A DNA stretch of 64,000 nucleotides, taken from positions 4,488-68,487 of the forward strand of contig JAJRSW010000053.1 in NCBI GenBank assembly GCA_024278595.1, written 5' to 3'. Position 1 is the stretch's first letter. Each line of letters opens with the position of its first letter. The stretch is from Fidelibacterota bacterium (GTDB lineage: Bacteria > Fidelibacterota > UBA8477 > JABMPR01). Positions 26,514 to 37,237 of this stretch are shown here, one piece after another. The notes beneath the pieces are model-generated. The model saw only the letters and a list, made by a program, of their open reading frames with translations. It did not search any database and was not told the origin of the DNA. Position numbers and translations under genes: made by a program.

Positions 26514-29243
26514 TCATTTCAGGTAGGTGATCTTGTGCCAGCTACCGCTGGCTTCACCGTTGGTAAAGAGCCTGGCAAAATAAATTCCGGCCGCCTGCTG
26601 ATTGGCGGGACGCCAGCGATATACACCTGATCTAGCCAACTGAATTGTCTCCACTGAGGCTCCCCGAATATCTGTGATCAACAATTCACCCAGAGCTCCA
26701 TTTTGCAGCTCGATGTCAAAATTGATCTCCGGATTAAAAGGATTGGGGAAAGTATGGGCAATCCCTGCTGATCCAGGCAGATGCGGCAACCTGTCAGCCA
26801 CCCCGGTAGCTGTCTGATCCAGCCAGATGAGCATCCGGGCCATTAATTCTCCCCGGACACTATCGCCATCCCCTGAAAAACCAGTTAAACCCTCCAGCCC
26901 AAAACCCAACAGAATGCTTGAATAGGTCTGATTCTTAACCGAAGAGCCACAAGAGATATCACCGGCAAAGGGATAGACAAATAAGGAGGAACCAGCTTCC
27001 TGGATCATAAATCCATCTGGGGAGGTTTGATTGCTGGCAGCGTTTGCACTGATAATGGAATAGTGATCAGCTATGCCCATCAATTCATGCTCAACATCTC
27101 CATAGACATAGGCACTGACCACATCATCGGAGGTCATTTCCACGGCGAAATATTCACTTAAAAAATCCGCAACAGCGGTGCCGCCACTACTCACGTCCTG
27201 CCCACTCATGAGTACCCTGCCACCACTTTCCAGATAATTGCTTATCAAGCTAATCCGATCCGCATCCAGAGCAGCCTCATGATCCCCCGTATACCATATA
27301 ACTTTGGAACTGTTTTGCAGCCATTCCAGGCTGGGCAAGCCGCTTTCGGCAATATCCCAAACAGCATGGACCACTTCGGCGAGACTCAATGCATCCGTAT
27401 AGTATGCTTGATAGTCAGCCGCCCCATCTATGATCCCATCATCATCAATTACGATGACATCCGGTGTGCCCAGCATCATCCTCAGGTCGTGATGATCAGG
27501 TTCCAGGATCTCATCCGAAGTGAAGCTGACCTCAAAAATAGCGATCTGAGGAGTAAGTGTATCGAGAACATCAAATTCAAAGGGCAAGTTGGAAATCTCA
27601 GATTGCATAAAATTGATGGGATCGAAATCGACCAGGTCTTCCCGGATATTAATGGGAGCCCCGTTGGCGGATAAACTGGCCATTAAATTATTGGCCGTTC
27701 CACCACTGTTCTTGACAATTAACCAGATCTCCACATTTTCACCTGGTGCGAGGATATTGTCACCATCCTCATCACTGACGATCAAATCAATAATACTGAT
27801 GTGCGGGTTGACCTCATGCACCTCGATATCCGCCAGCATGGTAGAATCTGAGTCTGAAATGTTCAATATGGCAACTTCAGTATTAACACCTGCCCAACCC
27901 ACCGACGCTGGAATGGTTTCAAAATCAAAATTGCGGTTATCAGTTGTACCCGGCCAGGCATCCCCTGGAGTAGATCCATTGAAATGACCGTCAGCCGGTT
28001 TGACATCTACCATACGGTGATTTTCATCGCTATTGGTGTACTGAGAATTGTCGATATGCCAAATCATCAAACCAGTCCCGGGTAAATGTTGTTCCGTCCC
28101 GATCCGCTGGCGATTCTCCACCAGAAAATACTCCTGACCCACATCCTGACCATGACTGTAATAGCCCCAGTAGGGATCCAGTTCTCCCTGAGTCCAAAGT
28201 TTCACGGCGAAAGCATTTTCCTCGGCATTGGGGAATTCCAGCAGATCCACATTCTCGGCTGGAAATACCGGGACAATCCAGCCCAGCATCTCTTTACACC
28301 AGGCCGACATATGCACGGGGCTGGAAGGGGTACTCCAGGAACCACTGGCCATGAGGCACCAACTACCCACACCCCCAGAGGAGTAATCCGTATCGTAAAG
28401 ATCCGGTAAACCCAGAGCATGGCCAAATTCATGAGAAAAAACACCGATCTCGATCATCCCGCCGGTGGTACTGACTGCCGGCTGCATGATATAGTCATTG
28501 ACCCGGATGGCAGTGCCATTTGCGCCCATATCGTCGGTGATATAGGCTGAACCCCACCAGCCGGAATAGACCCAGCGATGCGACCAGATGTAAGGACCAC
28601 CACCTTCACCACCACGACCGGAGTGGGCAAAAAAGGCCGCATCAACATAACCATCATCATCCCCTGAATTAGCGACACCATCGGGACCATCATTGTCATA
28701 CTGGGTGAAGTCGATCTCCGGATCAGCCAGATCCAGCGCATCACGGATAAATTCACCGGCACCACCGGGAGGTCCGTTAAAGCCATTGTCATACTGCTCT
28801 GATTGAGCGCCCTCATAAAAATCACTATTGTTACTCAGCTCGTACCAGCCATAAACTGTCCCGGATAGATAGAACTGATTGTAGGACATCTCTGCATAGT
28901 GCTCAGCCATGGTTGGTGTTGGCCAGGGACCATCAAACAATTCCTGCTGCAGCAGACCGCTTACCGTATCAAGATCATCATAATCTGAATAAGAGCCCAT
29001 GATTACCGGGAAGCTCATGTAAACATCCTCGCGCAGGTCCCGTGTACCATTTTCTGCGTTTTGGATGTTAGCCGTCTTAATGCGCTGCATCTTGGCGACC
29101 AGACCCCCCTGGGAATAATCCAGAGCCATTATGGCAGTTTGATCCCGGACTTTCTGGGAGGCGATCACGCCAGGTTTAGCGGGTGAGGAGGCCAGACCCA
29201 TAGACAGGGCAAATATATTGATGATGATGATTTTATTAAGCAT
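26514..29243 (-). CDS. secreted M6-family (immune inhibitor A-like) zinc metalloprotease with T9SS C-terminal sorting domain
   Basis: Signal peptide. M6 signature HEFGHALGLPDLYD. C-terminal ~80 aa resembling a Por/T9SS secretion CTD (..GIYFARLFTNGEASGSWHKITYLK). Confidence 0.75.
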   Translation of the reverse strand: MLNKIIIINIFALSMGLASSPAKPGVIASQKVRDQTAIMALDYSQGGLVAKMQRIKTANIQNAENGTRDLREDVYMSFPVIMGSYSDYDDLDTVSGLLQQELFDGPWPTPTMAEHYAEMSYNQFYLSGTVYGWYELSNNSDFYEGAQSEQYDNGFNGPPGGAGEFIRDALDLADPEIDFTQYDNDGPDGVANSGDDDGYVDAAFFAHSGRGGEGGGPYIWSHRWVYSGWWGSAYITDDMGANGTAIRVNDYIMQPAVSTTGGMIEIGVFSHEFGHALGLPDLYDTDYSSGGVGSWCLMASGSWSTPSSPVHMSAWCKEMLGWIVPVFPAENVDLLEFPNAEENAFAVKLWTQGELDPYWGYYSHGQDVGQEYFLVENRQRIGTEQHLPGTGLMIWHIDNSQYTNSDENHRMVDVKPADGHFNGSTPGDAWPGTTDNRNFDFETIPASVGWAGVNTEVAILNISDSDSTMLADIEVHEVNPHISIIDLIVSDEDGDNILAPGENVEIWLIVKNSGGTANNLMASLSANGAPINIREDLVDFDPINFMQSEISNLPFEFDVLDTLTPQIAIFEVSFTSDEILEPDHHDLRMMLGTPDVIVIDDDGIIDGAADYQAYYTDALSLAEVVHAVWDIAESGLPSLEWLQNSSKVIWYTGDHEAALDADRISLISNYLESGGRVLMSGQDVSSGGTAVADFLSEYFAVEMTSDDVVSAYVYGDVEHELMGIADHYSIISANAASNQTSPDGFMIQEAGSSLFVYPFAGDISCGSSVKNQTYSSILLGFGLEGLTGFSGDGDSVRGELMARMLIWLDQTATGVADRLPHLPGSAGIAHTFPNPFNPEINFDIELQNGALGELLITDIRGASVETIQLARSGVYRWRPANQQAAGIYFARLFTNGEASGSWHKITYLK

Positions 29244-29492
29244 AACAACCTTTATAGATGTAAATATATTTATTACAATTTTTAATATGCTTGGGAATTC
29301 AGTCTGGACAATGATTTATACCACAATAAGTGTGGAATTTTCCTAACGAAATTTCAGGTATAAAGTATTAATTATCCCAGATCAGCCACACTGCTCAGTC
29401 TTCCTGAACAACGTGAAGGATCTCCAATTAAAGGTAATTAACTGATCGAACCTGGAGGTTCTTCGTTACACTCAGAAAGACTATCGTAATAA

Positions 29493-30161
29493 TTACGGGG
29501 TCCTGACAGCTCGTACAAAATCAGGAAAACTATGGAATAGATGATCCGGCTGCTCTTTTTCTACTAATTGAGCATCTGTAAAGCCATAGGTAACGCCTAC
29601 AGATATGGCTCCGGCACCTTTGGCGGCGATGATATCCACGGGGTTATCACCCACCATGCAAACAGTTCCAGACCCAGCAAATCCCAGCTCATGAACACCA
29701 AAACGGATCACTTCAGGATCCGGCTTGGATACTGGCAAGGTATCGCGACCCCAACTGAATTTAAAATATCGGATCAGATCAAGCTCGGACAAGACTGCCT
29801 TGACAAACTCCTCCGGTTTATTGGAGATCACCCCCAGGGGACGGTTTTCATTTTTTAAATACTCTATCACCCCCGGATAGGGCTGGGCTGCATCAATAAT
29901 ATGATCACGATAAAAATCACGGAAGCGTTCCCAGATCTCAGTCACTAACTGATCATCCACCCGGATATCCGGGTGCTGAATCTGCAGACATTTTTCAACC
30001 AGAAAATGAGCCCCGAAACCAACATGAGAAAGGATCGTTTCATGGCTTAATTGTTGGTACCCCAGGGATTCGAACGCTCGGTTTAGGTTGGCAGTTATAT
30101 CACGACTGGTATCAACCAGGGTTCCGTCAAGATCAAATAATATTCCAGCTGGATTAAGCAT
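29493..30161 (-). CDS. HAD-superfamily hydrolase (phosphoglycolate phosphatase-like)
   Basis: Motif I DLDGTLVDT at the N-terminus, motif II S/T (VISNK) and motif IV (MVGDNPVDI). Confidence 0.7.
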   Translation of the reverse strand: MLNPAGILFDLDGTLVDTSRDITANLNRAFESLGYQQLSHETILSHVGFGAHFLVEKCLQIQHPDIRVDDQLVTEIWERFRDFYRDHIIDAAQPYPGVIEYLKNENRPLGVISNKPEEFVKAVLSELDLIRYFKFSWGRDTLPVSKPDPEVIRFGVHELGFAGSGTVCMVGDNPVDIIAAKGAGAISVGVTYGFTDAQLVEKEQPDHLFHSFPDFVRAVRTP

Positions 30162-30346
30162 ATTTCCTCATTTATCAGGGCCTCGTGGCCTACCTTTTTT
30201 TAACCGCAAAGAACGCGGAGGGCGCGAAGATAATTAATAAATGTTGACTTGTTATACCAATTACAGTCCTGCTAGCGTTTAAACAAGCTTTGCATTCCTG
30301 CGGTCTTTGCAAGTAAGAAAATAGTCAGCAATTTTTCAGCTTTGGT

Positions 30347-30378
30347 AGAAACAAAAGCGGCCGGTTCAAGACCAGCCT
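30347..30378 (-). terminator. rho-independent terminator after etfA
   Basis: Minus-strand GGCUGG-UCUUGAA-CCGGCC hairpin followed by GCUUUUGUUUC. Confidence 0.5.
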
Positions 30379-30406
30379 CTTTATCTGTTGGACAAGGATA
30401 GTACGA

Positions 30407-31375
30407 TTATGTCAGTAGCTCCTTCACTGCCGCGTTGAAGGCGGGAACAACCTCAAATAGATCTGCCACAATACCATAGTTAGCCACCTTGAAGATCGGG
30501 GCTTCCGGGTCGGTATTGATTGCGACAATGCATTTTGAAGAGTTCATGCCTGCCAAATGCTGGATCGCCCCGGAAATTCCACAGGCAATATACAGGTTTG
30601 GAGAAACCGTTTTGCCGGTCTGCCCTACCTGATCAGCATGGGGTCTCCATCCCGCATCAACCGAGGCACGGGACGCACCAACAGCAGCGCCCAGAGTATC
30701 GGCCAACTCTTCGATGATCTTGTATTGGTCTGCGCCACCCATGGCCCGACCACCGGAAACAATGATACTGGCTTCAGTAAGTTCGGGTCGCGTTGAGGCT
30801 TTCATACTGGTATCGATCACGGTCACACCGCCTTCGCTTCCTGCAACAGTCAGACTTTCAACGGCTCCAGCGCCTGATCTCTCAACTGCAGCGAATACAT
30901 TGGGTCGCAAAGTCACGATGACCGGCAACTTTTTCGCAGCAATTTCCAAAAAGGCTTTGCCGGCATACACTGGACGATTGACCACCAGATGGTCGCCCTC
31001 CCAGGCTGTCTTAATAACATCACTGAGCAAGCTGGCCTGCGCCTTGGCTGCCAGCAGAGCACCCAGTTCCCGGCCCATGGCAGACGAACTGAGCAGAACG
31101 ACGGCTGCAGAACTCATACTCAGGGCCTCCTTGAGTAGATCAGCATAGGCTCCCGGTGCGTACACACTCAAGGCACCATCATCAGCGGTGAGCACCTTAT
31201 CGGCACCGTAACTGGAAACAGCGGCTGATAGACCGGCTATACCGGAGCCAATCAAACAGACAGACAGTTCACCTCCTGCGGTATCCGCCAGGCGACGACC
31301 TTCTGAAATTGCCTCCAGGGCATATGATTTTAATTGACCCTCACGCTGTTCAGCAAAAACTAATATGTTACTCAT
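30407..31375 (-). CDS. etfA: electron transfer flavoprotein alpha subunit
   Basis: FAD-binding C-terminal signature [37 protein letters not shown]. 322 aa. Confidence 0.9.
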   Translation of the reverse strand: MSNILVFAEQREGQLKSYALEAISEGRRLADTAGGELSVCLIGSGIAGLSAAVSSYGADKVLTADDGALSVYAPGAYADLLKEALSMSSAAVVLLSSSAMGRELGALLAAKAQASLLSDVIKTAWEGDHLVVNRPVYAGKAFLEIAAKKLPVIVTLRPNVFAAVERSGAGAVESLTVAGSEGGVTVIDTSMKASTRPELTEASIIVSGGRAMGGADQYKIIEELADTLGAAVGASRASVDAGWRPHADQVGQTGKTVSPNLYIACGISGAIQHLAGMNSSKCIVAINTDPEAPIFKVANYGIVADLFEVVPAFNAAVKELLT

Positions 31376-31384
31376 GATGACCTC

Positions 31385-32140
31385 CTAAAGGACCTGAGCT
31401 TCATCACGAAGCAGTTTGACCAGTTCTGCGGCAGCTTCCGGGCCTTCACCCACGATTCGCCCATCTGGTTTTTTGGGGGGATAGCTCATCTCCAGAATCT
31501 CGATCCCTTCCCCAGCCAGTGAAATCTCTTTGATCTCAAGCGGTTTGCGCTTGGCTTGCATGATACCCTTTAGTGCTGGGTAACGTGGCTCATTCAAGCC
31601 CTTTTCAGCCGTGATCACACATGGCGTTTGGGCGGTGATGGTCTCTTTACCACCTTCAATATCTCGAATGACAGTGGCAGTTCCATCAAGCAGCTCCAGG
31701 GATTTGGCTGTCGGCAGGACTGGCATCCCAAGGATCTCACCCAGTATAGTGGCCACCTGATGTCCATAGCCATCAATGGCCATCTTGCCTGCCAAGACCA
31801 GATCCGGCTCCAGTACCTTGATCTCTTCCGCCAAAGCTTTCGCCACGGAGAAGCCATCGGCTAATGCTGCGTTCTCAACTTTGAGCAAAACGCCACTATC
31901 GGCACCCATGGCCATGGCCGTCCGCATCACGGGCTGAGCTTCCTCGCCGCCTAATGTCAATACGATTATCTCACCCGCCCCGGCTGCTTCTTTGAGTTTC
32001 AAGGCTTCTTCTACGGCATACTCGTCATAGGGATTCATTACATACTTAACATCACCAGGATCGATGGATAGACCATCCCCTCCAATAACCACCTTTGTTT
32101 CAGTGTCAGGTACTTGCTTGACACACACGACAATCTTCAT
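31385..32140 (-). CDS. etfB: electron transfer flavoprotein beta subunit
   Basis: MKIVVCVKQVPDTETKV... EtfB N-terminal signature. Start set at the conserved MKIVVC Met. Confidence 0.9.
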   Translation of the reverse strand: MKIVVCVKQVPDTETKVVIGGDGLSIDPGDVKYVMNPYDEYAVEEALKLKEAAGAGEIIVLTLGGEEAQPVMRTAMAMGADSGVLLKVENAALADGFSVAKALAEEIKVLEPDLVLAGKMAIDGYGHQVATILGEILGMPVLPTAKSLELLDGTATVIRDIEGGKETITAQTPCVITAEKGLNEPRYPALKGIMQAKRKPLEIKEISLAGEGIEILEMSYPPKKPDGRIVGEGPEAAAELVKLLRDEAQVL

Positions 32141-32412
32141 TATGGGCTCCTTCTTCATTGATCAACTTCAGTTGGGCAAATTTCAGTCCACATTGCCCGG
32201 ATCGAGCGATGGTGAAGATATTTTTCCAGGCTCAATAAACAAAATATTTCAACATACCGACTGGTCGGTTTGTAATATATTTCCTGCAAATTGAAATTCA
32301 ATAGCTGCTTTTACTTTCAAGGCGTTTATCTCAATTAGTTCATTTATCAGACAAAGAAAATAGCCATCCTCGCTAGAATTATTAGTTTAAGTCCAATTCA
32401 AAAGGACCCACT

Positions 32413-35034
32413 ATGCTACTCAACAAAACCTTACCCGCTATTGTCACCCTGCTCCTCCTAACGAATTGTGATCAGAATTCTGATGGCTTTCGGGTCACAG
32501 CGAATCGAGTAGATGAGGCTCAGTTCAGTGCTGAAGCGCTAAGCCCAAGCACCTTGAGATCCAATTATCCCATGCTAGCTAATTCTTCCCTGCCCCAACC
32601 CATCATCTTCAAGCTCAGTTTGAATGGCCAGGACAATGAGGCTGGATTCGGTGTAGACCATCAGATCATTGTGCCCCGGGGTGTCAGTGAGTTTTATGCT
32701 CCATTGCTCAAATTTGGAGTTCATGCCCCGGTCTTCAGCAGTGAGACTCCACCACTCGAAGCAGCTGCAAATGTGCATTTCCGGGTGGATCTGCGACCCA
32801 TACTGGAAGCGTTGGCAGATCCGGGCTTTTATGTTAGCCCCACCAATGACACCATTTATGCTGATGCCTTTCAGGGACTTTATCTGCTTGGCGGTACGGC
32901 TCCTTTACGCTGGATCTGGGACGATCCACAGGCTCTGGCCAATACGCGCTTTGAGGATACTGATCAGGATTCCATCTATGAACTCAGCATCCGATTTGAG
33001 CCACCGCAGACCGAAGTGGGATATCGCTTCTGGCAACTGACTGAAGACTTGTCCGGTTTACCCCACTTTTCCAGCCCGCAAGCCCCACTACTGGAAGCGC
33101 TCACCAACCTGGCCCTGGAAGAGACCATCTTGAATATCCGGCAGGATAACGCTTTCTCGGCTGGCAAGGAATGGCCGGGTGTCTGGACACGGGACATCGC
33201 TTATGCAGCCCAACTCTCGCTGGCTTACCTCTTTCCAGAAAATGTCAAATCCAGTTTAAGGGCAAAACTGAGCCCTGAGGGCCGCATTATACAGGATACT
33301 GGAACCGGGGGCTCCTGGCCCGTTTCCAGTGATCGCCATCTATGGACCCTGGCGGCCTGGGAGGTTTTTCTGGCTACGGGTGACCAGTCCTGGCTGGCTG
33401 AAATCAGAGACCCGGTGATCAGGGCCTTAAAAGAAGATCTTTTGTGGAATCGTGATCCCATATCAGGGATGCTCCTTGGTGAAACCAGTTTTGAAGATTG
33501 GCGGGAACAAACCTACCCGAATTGGATGTCCCCCGCCGATATACATGCTTCGCAGGCCCTGTCTACCAATATCATCTTTAAACGCGCCCTGGAAATCGGA
33601 TTGGTCCTGGCCACCACCGACCGCGATATTCCCCGTTCCTGGCCAGCATTGATCACACGGCTTGATCAGAATATTCTCAACCATTTCTGGAGTGAATCAC
33701 TTAACGCTCCAGCTAGTTACATAATTTCAGGCCCGGCCTGGCTACCGGCCGCCCACCGTGACCTGTTGGGGGAATCCCTGGGCATCTTGCTGTGCCGTTC
33801 CTTTAAGCCAATTGCAGCCCAATTGGTGTCTTCCTACCCTCGCAGCCGGTATGGAAGCCCTGTGATATCTCATCAACTACCGCACTCCCCCCCGTATCAC
33901 AACCAGGCAATCTGGCCTTTTGTGGAGACCTATGCCCTGCTGGCTGCCAGGCAGGTTGGTAATCAGGCAGCTTACCGGCATAGTTTCCAGGGTCTCATCA
34001 GAGCAGCCGCCCTCTTTCTCACTCATCGCGAGAATTACCACTACTCGACTGGCCGGCCGGATCAAACAGAGATCAACTCTGATCGTCAGTTATGGAGTGA
34101 TGCCGCCTGGCTGGGCGCGATATACAAAGGCTTGTTCGGTTTATCCATCAATTACAATTTTGATCAGGGAAATTTTGAGCTGCTCCTGGACCCAAACAAT
34201 CCCTTCTCATGGGATCAATTTTCAATTACAGATCTATACTTGCATGATACCCCCATAAATATCACCCTGGAAGGTCTGGGGTCCCGAACATCATCCATAA
34301 GGGTAAATGGCACTGAACATGCGCTAGGTAAACCGATTCGGTTGAGGGGTGAAGCGCTGGATATAGTGCTCCAGTTAGCAGATCCAGAGGCTGGCGATTC
34401 AGCAACAGTTCAACTTGTTGAGCAGCTACTTCCAGATATACCAAGCACCTCGTGGTCAGGGGATACACTTAGCTGGACCAGCAGTTCCGGAACGAGTGTT
34501 TTAGAAGTAAATGGCCGGGTACTGGATACCCTGACCAGCTCTCCCAGTTTGCTGCCAGATAGCCTGGTGGGTTTCTATTCTCTGCGGGCTCTGGATTCAA
34601 CAATGACCCTTGGCCTGCCCAGTCGACCGCATTATAGAGGGCCTTCCGCCGCATTGGTTTTGACTAGCCAGGAGCCCTATTTCATTGAACTGGGGCAGGC
34701 AAGCACTTTTATAGAAATGAGCTTCTCGATCCCCTCGACTGGCAATTATCTCTTACGATTTATCTACAGCAATGGATCTGGCCCCATCAATACGGGGAGT
34801 ACCTGCGGGTTGGCTAAACTTAAGATCAATGACTGGTGGCTGGAACAGATGGTCAGTTTCCCCCATACAACCAGTTGGGGCAATTGGCAGCTGACTTCCT
34901 GGTATAAGGCACAATTTCAAGCGGGCCAAAATACCCTGATGTTGGATCAGGAAAGTTTACCCGTCAGCAATATGGACGGTAAGGTGAACCTGTTTCGGGT
35001 TCAGCGAATTGAGATCGTCCCAATCCCTGAATGA
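32413..35034 (+). CDS. secreted lipoprotein, six-hairpin (alpha/alpha)6 glycosidase-like (GH15/GH63-like) with possible C-terminal carbohydrate-binding module
   Basis: Lipoprotein signal (LLLLTNCDQ). A WTRD-containing segment (EWPGVWTRDIAYAAQLSL), reminiscent of the GH15 glucoamylase/glucodextranase catalytic barrel motif. C-terminal ~150 aa beta-sandwich-like. Confidence 0.4.
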   Translation: MLLNKTLPAIVTLLLLTNCDQNSDGFRVTANRVDEAQFSAEALSPSTLRSNYPMLANSSLPQPIIFKLSLNGQDNEAGFGVDHQIIVPRGVSEFYAPLLKFGVHAPVFSSETPPLEAAANVHFRVDLRPILEALADPGFYVSPTNDTIYADAFQGLYLLGGTAPLRWIWDDPQALANTRFEDTDQDSIYELSIRFEPPQTEVGYRFWQLTEDLSGLPHFSSPQAPLLEALTNLALEETILNIRQDNAFSAGKEWPGVWTRDIAYAAQLSLAYLFPENVKSSLRAKLSPEGRIIQDTGTGGSWPVSSDRHLWTLAAWEVFLATGDQSWLAEIRDPVIRALKEDLLWNRDPISGMLLGETSFEDWREQTYPNWMSPADIHASQALSTNIIFKRALEIGLVLATTDRDIPRSWPALITRLDQNILNHFWSESLNAPASYIISGPAWLPAAHRDLLGESLGILLCRSFKPIAAQLVSSYPRSRYGSPVISHQLPHSPPYHNQAIWPFVETYALLAARQVGNQAAYRHSFQGLIRAAALFLTHRENYHYSTGRPDQTEINSDRQLWSDAAWLGAIYKGLFGLSINYNFDQGNFELLLDPNNPFSWDQFSITDLYLHDTPINITLEGLGSRTSSIRVNGTEHALGKPIRLRGEALDIVLQLADPEAGDSATVQLVEQLLPDIPSTSWSGDTLSWTSSSGTSVLEVNGRVLDTLTSSPSLLPDSLVGFYSLRALDSTMTLGLPSRPHYRGPSAALVLTSQEPYFIELGQASTFIEMSFSIPSTGNYLLRFIYSNGSGPINTGSTCGLAKLKINDWWLEQMVSFPHTTSWGNWQLTSWYKAQFQAGQNTLMLDQESLPVSNMDGKVNLFRVQRIEIVPIPE

Positions 35035-35038
35035 CCGA

Positions 35039-35761
35039 TCATTCGGCCTCTTCTGCAGGTAGCAGATAGAGTGGAAAGATAGTTTCACCATAGGGTCCCA
35101 CGCCCTTGGCGAGAAACTGCTGGTATTTTTCCTCGGTATAGGGAGCGCCCGGTACTGGTGCAGCAATGGTATCACCAAAATAGTTTCTACTATAGGCTTT
35201 CACTGAACGTGGATCCCGGACTATCCTGACCCCGCGAACGCCGGCAATACTGGCCGCAACCATATCATTATCAGCATCGCCATAGAATATATGTAGCCCC
35301 AATTCTGAGATCACTTCATGCTTGGTGGTGTACTTCTTACCGGTTTTGGGGTCTTTCCTTTTTGTGGCAAAAAATAAATTTTGGTCTTTCTCAATAGGGA
35401 AGCCCAATTCTCTGGTTAAATATCGCCCAACCGCTTCACCATTGATACCTGGCCGGGCGGTAATAAAATAGACCTCATGTCCCTGGGATCTCAAAAACTC
35501 GATCAAGTCCGCAACTGGTTTGATGATCACAGAATGAAGACTGTCGTGTGTGTTTATCCAGCCAAAATCAATCTGGTCAGGATCATCACTCATCTGGGGG
35601 GCTATCAAAAAATTATCGCGGGAGAAAACGACCGTGTCATCGATATCGAAACCTACTTTTAATTGCCCAAGTATTCTTTCCGGTGTCGCAGGGGTCTTTA
35701 CCGGGTGACAGGCAGTTATAAAAAGGATCAGACTAAAGCTGAATAGCTGGATGGTTCGCAT
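35039..35761 (-). CDS. class B acid phosphatase / HAD subfamily IIIB lipoprotein (AphA/e(P4)-like)
   Basis: Signal peptide with Cys. DIDDTV motif I. ARPG.., GDADND motifs of HAD IIIB phosphatases. Confidence 0.6.
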   Translation of the reverse strand: MRTIQLFSFSLILFITACHPVKTPATPERILGQLKVGFDIDDTVVFSRDNFLIAPQMSDDPDQIDFGWINTHDSLHSVIIKPVADLIEFLRSQGHEVYFITARPGINGEAVGRYLTRELGFPIEKDQNLFFATKRKDPKTGKKYTTKHEVISELGLHIFYGDADNDMVAASIAGVRGVRIVRDPRSVKAYSRNYFGDTIAAPVPGAPYTEEKYQQFLAKGVGPYGETIFPLYLLPAEEAE

Positions 35762-35955
35762 TGTTACAAATTCCTTATTTCAATTTTCAATATTTATTCA
35801 ATTTGCCAGTTTGGCTTATTGCCAGCGGAAAGAACCGGCCAACCCAAACCACACCTCAGCGTATTTTTCTCCCAGGCAGTCCCCGCAAAACAAGAAGTCA
35901 AATCAGGCGGATAAAAATAGTAGCAAATTCAATAACAGGTACTCATTTTTAAAGC

Positions 35956-36492
35956 ATGATCACACTACCCATATCTACCACTGAAAAAAAACTGACCTAC
36001 CTTATCTCTGGTCGCTTCTCCCATGAACGGCTGGATGGCTTCATGATCATGGTATCCAACCCTTATCAATGGCTGTTGCCGACCTTGTTCTTTGCCATGA
36101 TCCTGATCTATGTGGATTGGAGATCTGGACTACAAGTGCTCCTGATGAGTGGCCTAAGTGCTGGTATCGCTGATAGTATCAATACGCGCTATATAAAAAT
36201 ACATACTGACCGGGTCAGACCGGGTAAACAATACCAGGACATCAGATCCCTGGGAGTAATGAACAAGGGGGATAAATCTTTCCCTTCCAACCACGCCTCC
36301 AACACCATGGCCTTTGCGTTGAGTTTTGGTTTGATTCTTCCCTGGACTATGTGGATCATGCTACCGCTTTCACTTTTAGTTGGATATTCCAGAGTTTATT
36401 GTGGCGCACACTTCCCCCTCGATGTATTAGCAGGCTGGCTGCATGGCGCCGGCTGGGTGCTTCTGATCAGTTTGCTCCTGGGGCTGTTATAA
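35956..36492 (+). CDS. PAP2-family phosphatase (phosphatidic acid phosphatase type 2 / undecaprenyl-diphosphatase-like)
   Basis: Three PAP2 motifs: KIHTDRVRPG, SFPSNHAS, SRVYCGAHFPLDVLAG. Multiple TM helices. Confidence 0.8.
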   Translation: MITLPISTTEKKLTYLISGRFSHERLDGFMIMVSNPYQWLLPTLFFAMILIYVDWRSGLQVLLMSGLSAGIADSINTRYIKIHTDRVRPGKQYQDIRSLGVMNKGDKSFPSNHASNTMAFALSFGLILPWTMWIMLPLSLLVGYSRVYCGAHFPLDVLAGWLHGAGWVLLISLLLGLL

Positions 36493-36572
36493 CACTGCCA
36501 CATCATCTCGAATAAAGGTGTAGTGTACAATACTAATATCAGTTGCATACTGTCTATGTTATAATACCACTT

Positions 36573-36607
36573 AAAAAGGGTGAACTCATGTTCACCCTTT
36601 TCTTTTT
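36573..36607. terminator. bidirectional rho-independent terminator between convergent genes
   Basis: AAAAAGGGTGAAC-TCAT-GTTCACCCTTTTTCTTTTT: a perfect 9-10 bp stem flanked by A-run and T-run. Serves the PAP2 gene (+) and the 137-aa gene (-). Confidence 0.65.
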
Positions 36608-36638
36608 ACAAATCCGTTTGGAAGATTTAGTAAATAAC

Positions 36639-37052
36639 TTAAAGCGTTTTCTTCAAGGTGTTGTATTCTTTTTCAAGACCAGCGATCTCTGCCCGAATGG
36701 CCTGCAGGCGCTTTAGCACAGAATCTGGATCTGCTGCTGCCTGGCTGGCAGCGGGAGCAGTTTTAACAATTCGTTTTACTGCTGCTCGTTTAGTTTTTGC
36801 TTTTGATCTGGTCTTCCTTTTTTGGGGGCCTCTGCTTGTCTTGCCCCAGTTACTTAAGGTAACAACCGAAACTCCATATTTCTCGCTGGCAGCTTTCATA
36901 CCCCCACGTTTGTTTTCGGCATTAAATGCAGCAATAAACTCGACCATCTCAGCTTTTTCGTCTGCAGTATAACGTCTTCCCTGTTTGCCTTTAGCTGCGC
37001 TTCCGGCCATTTGTTCACCTCCTGTATGTATGATGTAATTAAACTCCGGCAA
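36639..37052 (-). CDS. Lys/Arg-rich HTH DNA-binding protein (IS3 OrfA-like HTH, orphan)
   Basis: N-terminal HTH-like segment (RRYTADEKAEMVEF...GVSVVTLSNW), a basic K/R-rich linker and a C-terminal coiled coil. No adjacent transposase catalytic gene. Confidence 0.35.
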   Translation of the reverse strand: MPEFNYIIHTGGEQMAGSAAKGKQGRRYTADEKAEMVEFIAAFNAENKRGGMKAASEKYGVSVVTLSNWGKTSRGPQKRKTRSKAKTKRAAVKRIVKTAPAASQAAADPDSVLKRLQAIRAEIAGLEKEYNTLKKTL

Positions 37053-37237
37053 AACTAGAGTTTTAACTCAGCATTACCAAGAACTTTATTAAGTTTAATT
37101 ATTTTAACAACCCGTATGAAAGAAATAATCATTTTTAGCTTTTACTTACTATTGCTTTTGCTGTTTTCAGGGGAACTTCCTGTTATAGATCTATTGGGAG
37201 CTGACTTAAATTATTTAATTTCGAAGACCAACTAAAT

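Noticed and set aside
28454-28825. 123-aa minus-strand ORF within the M6 protease coding region in another frame (and similar internal ORFs at 27279..27987, 28086..28444)
   Set aside because: They are nested inside a long CDS with strong motif support. Met- and Pro-rich nonsense composition.
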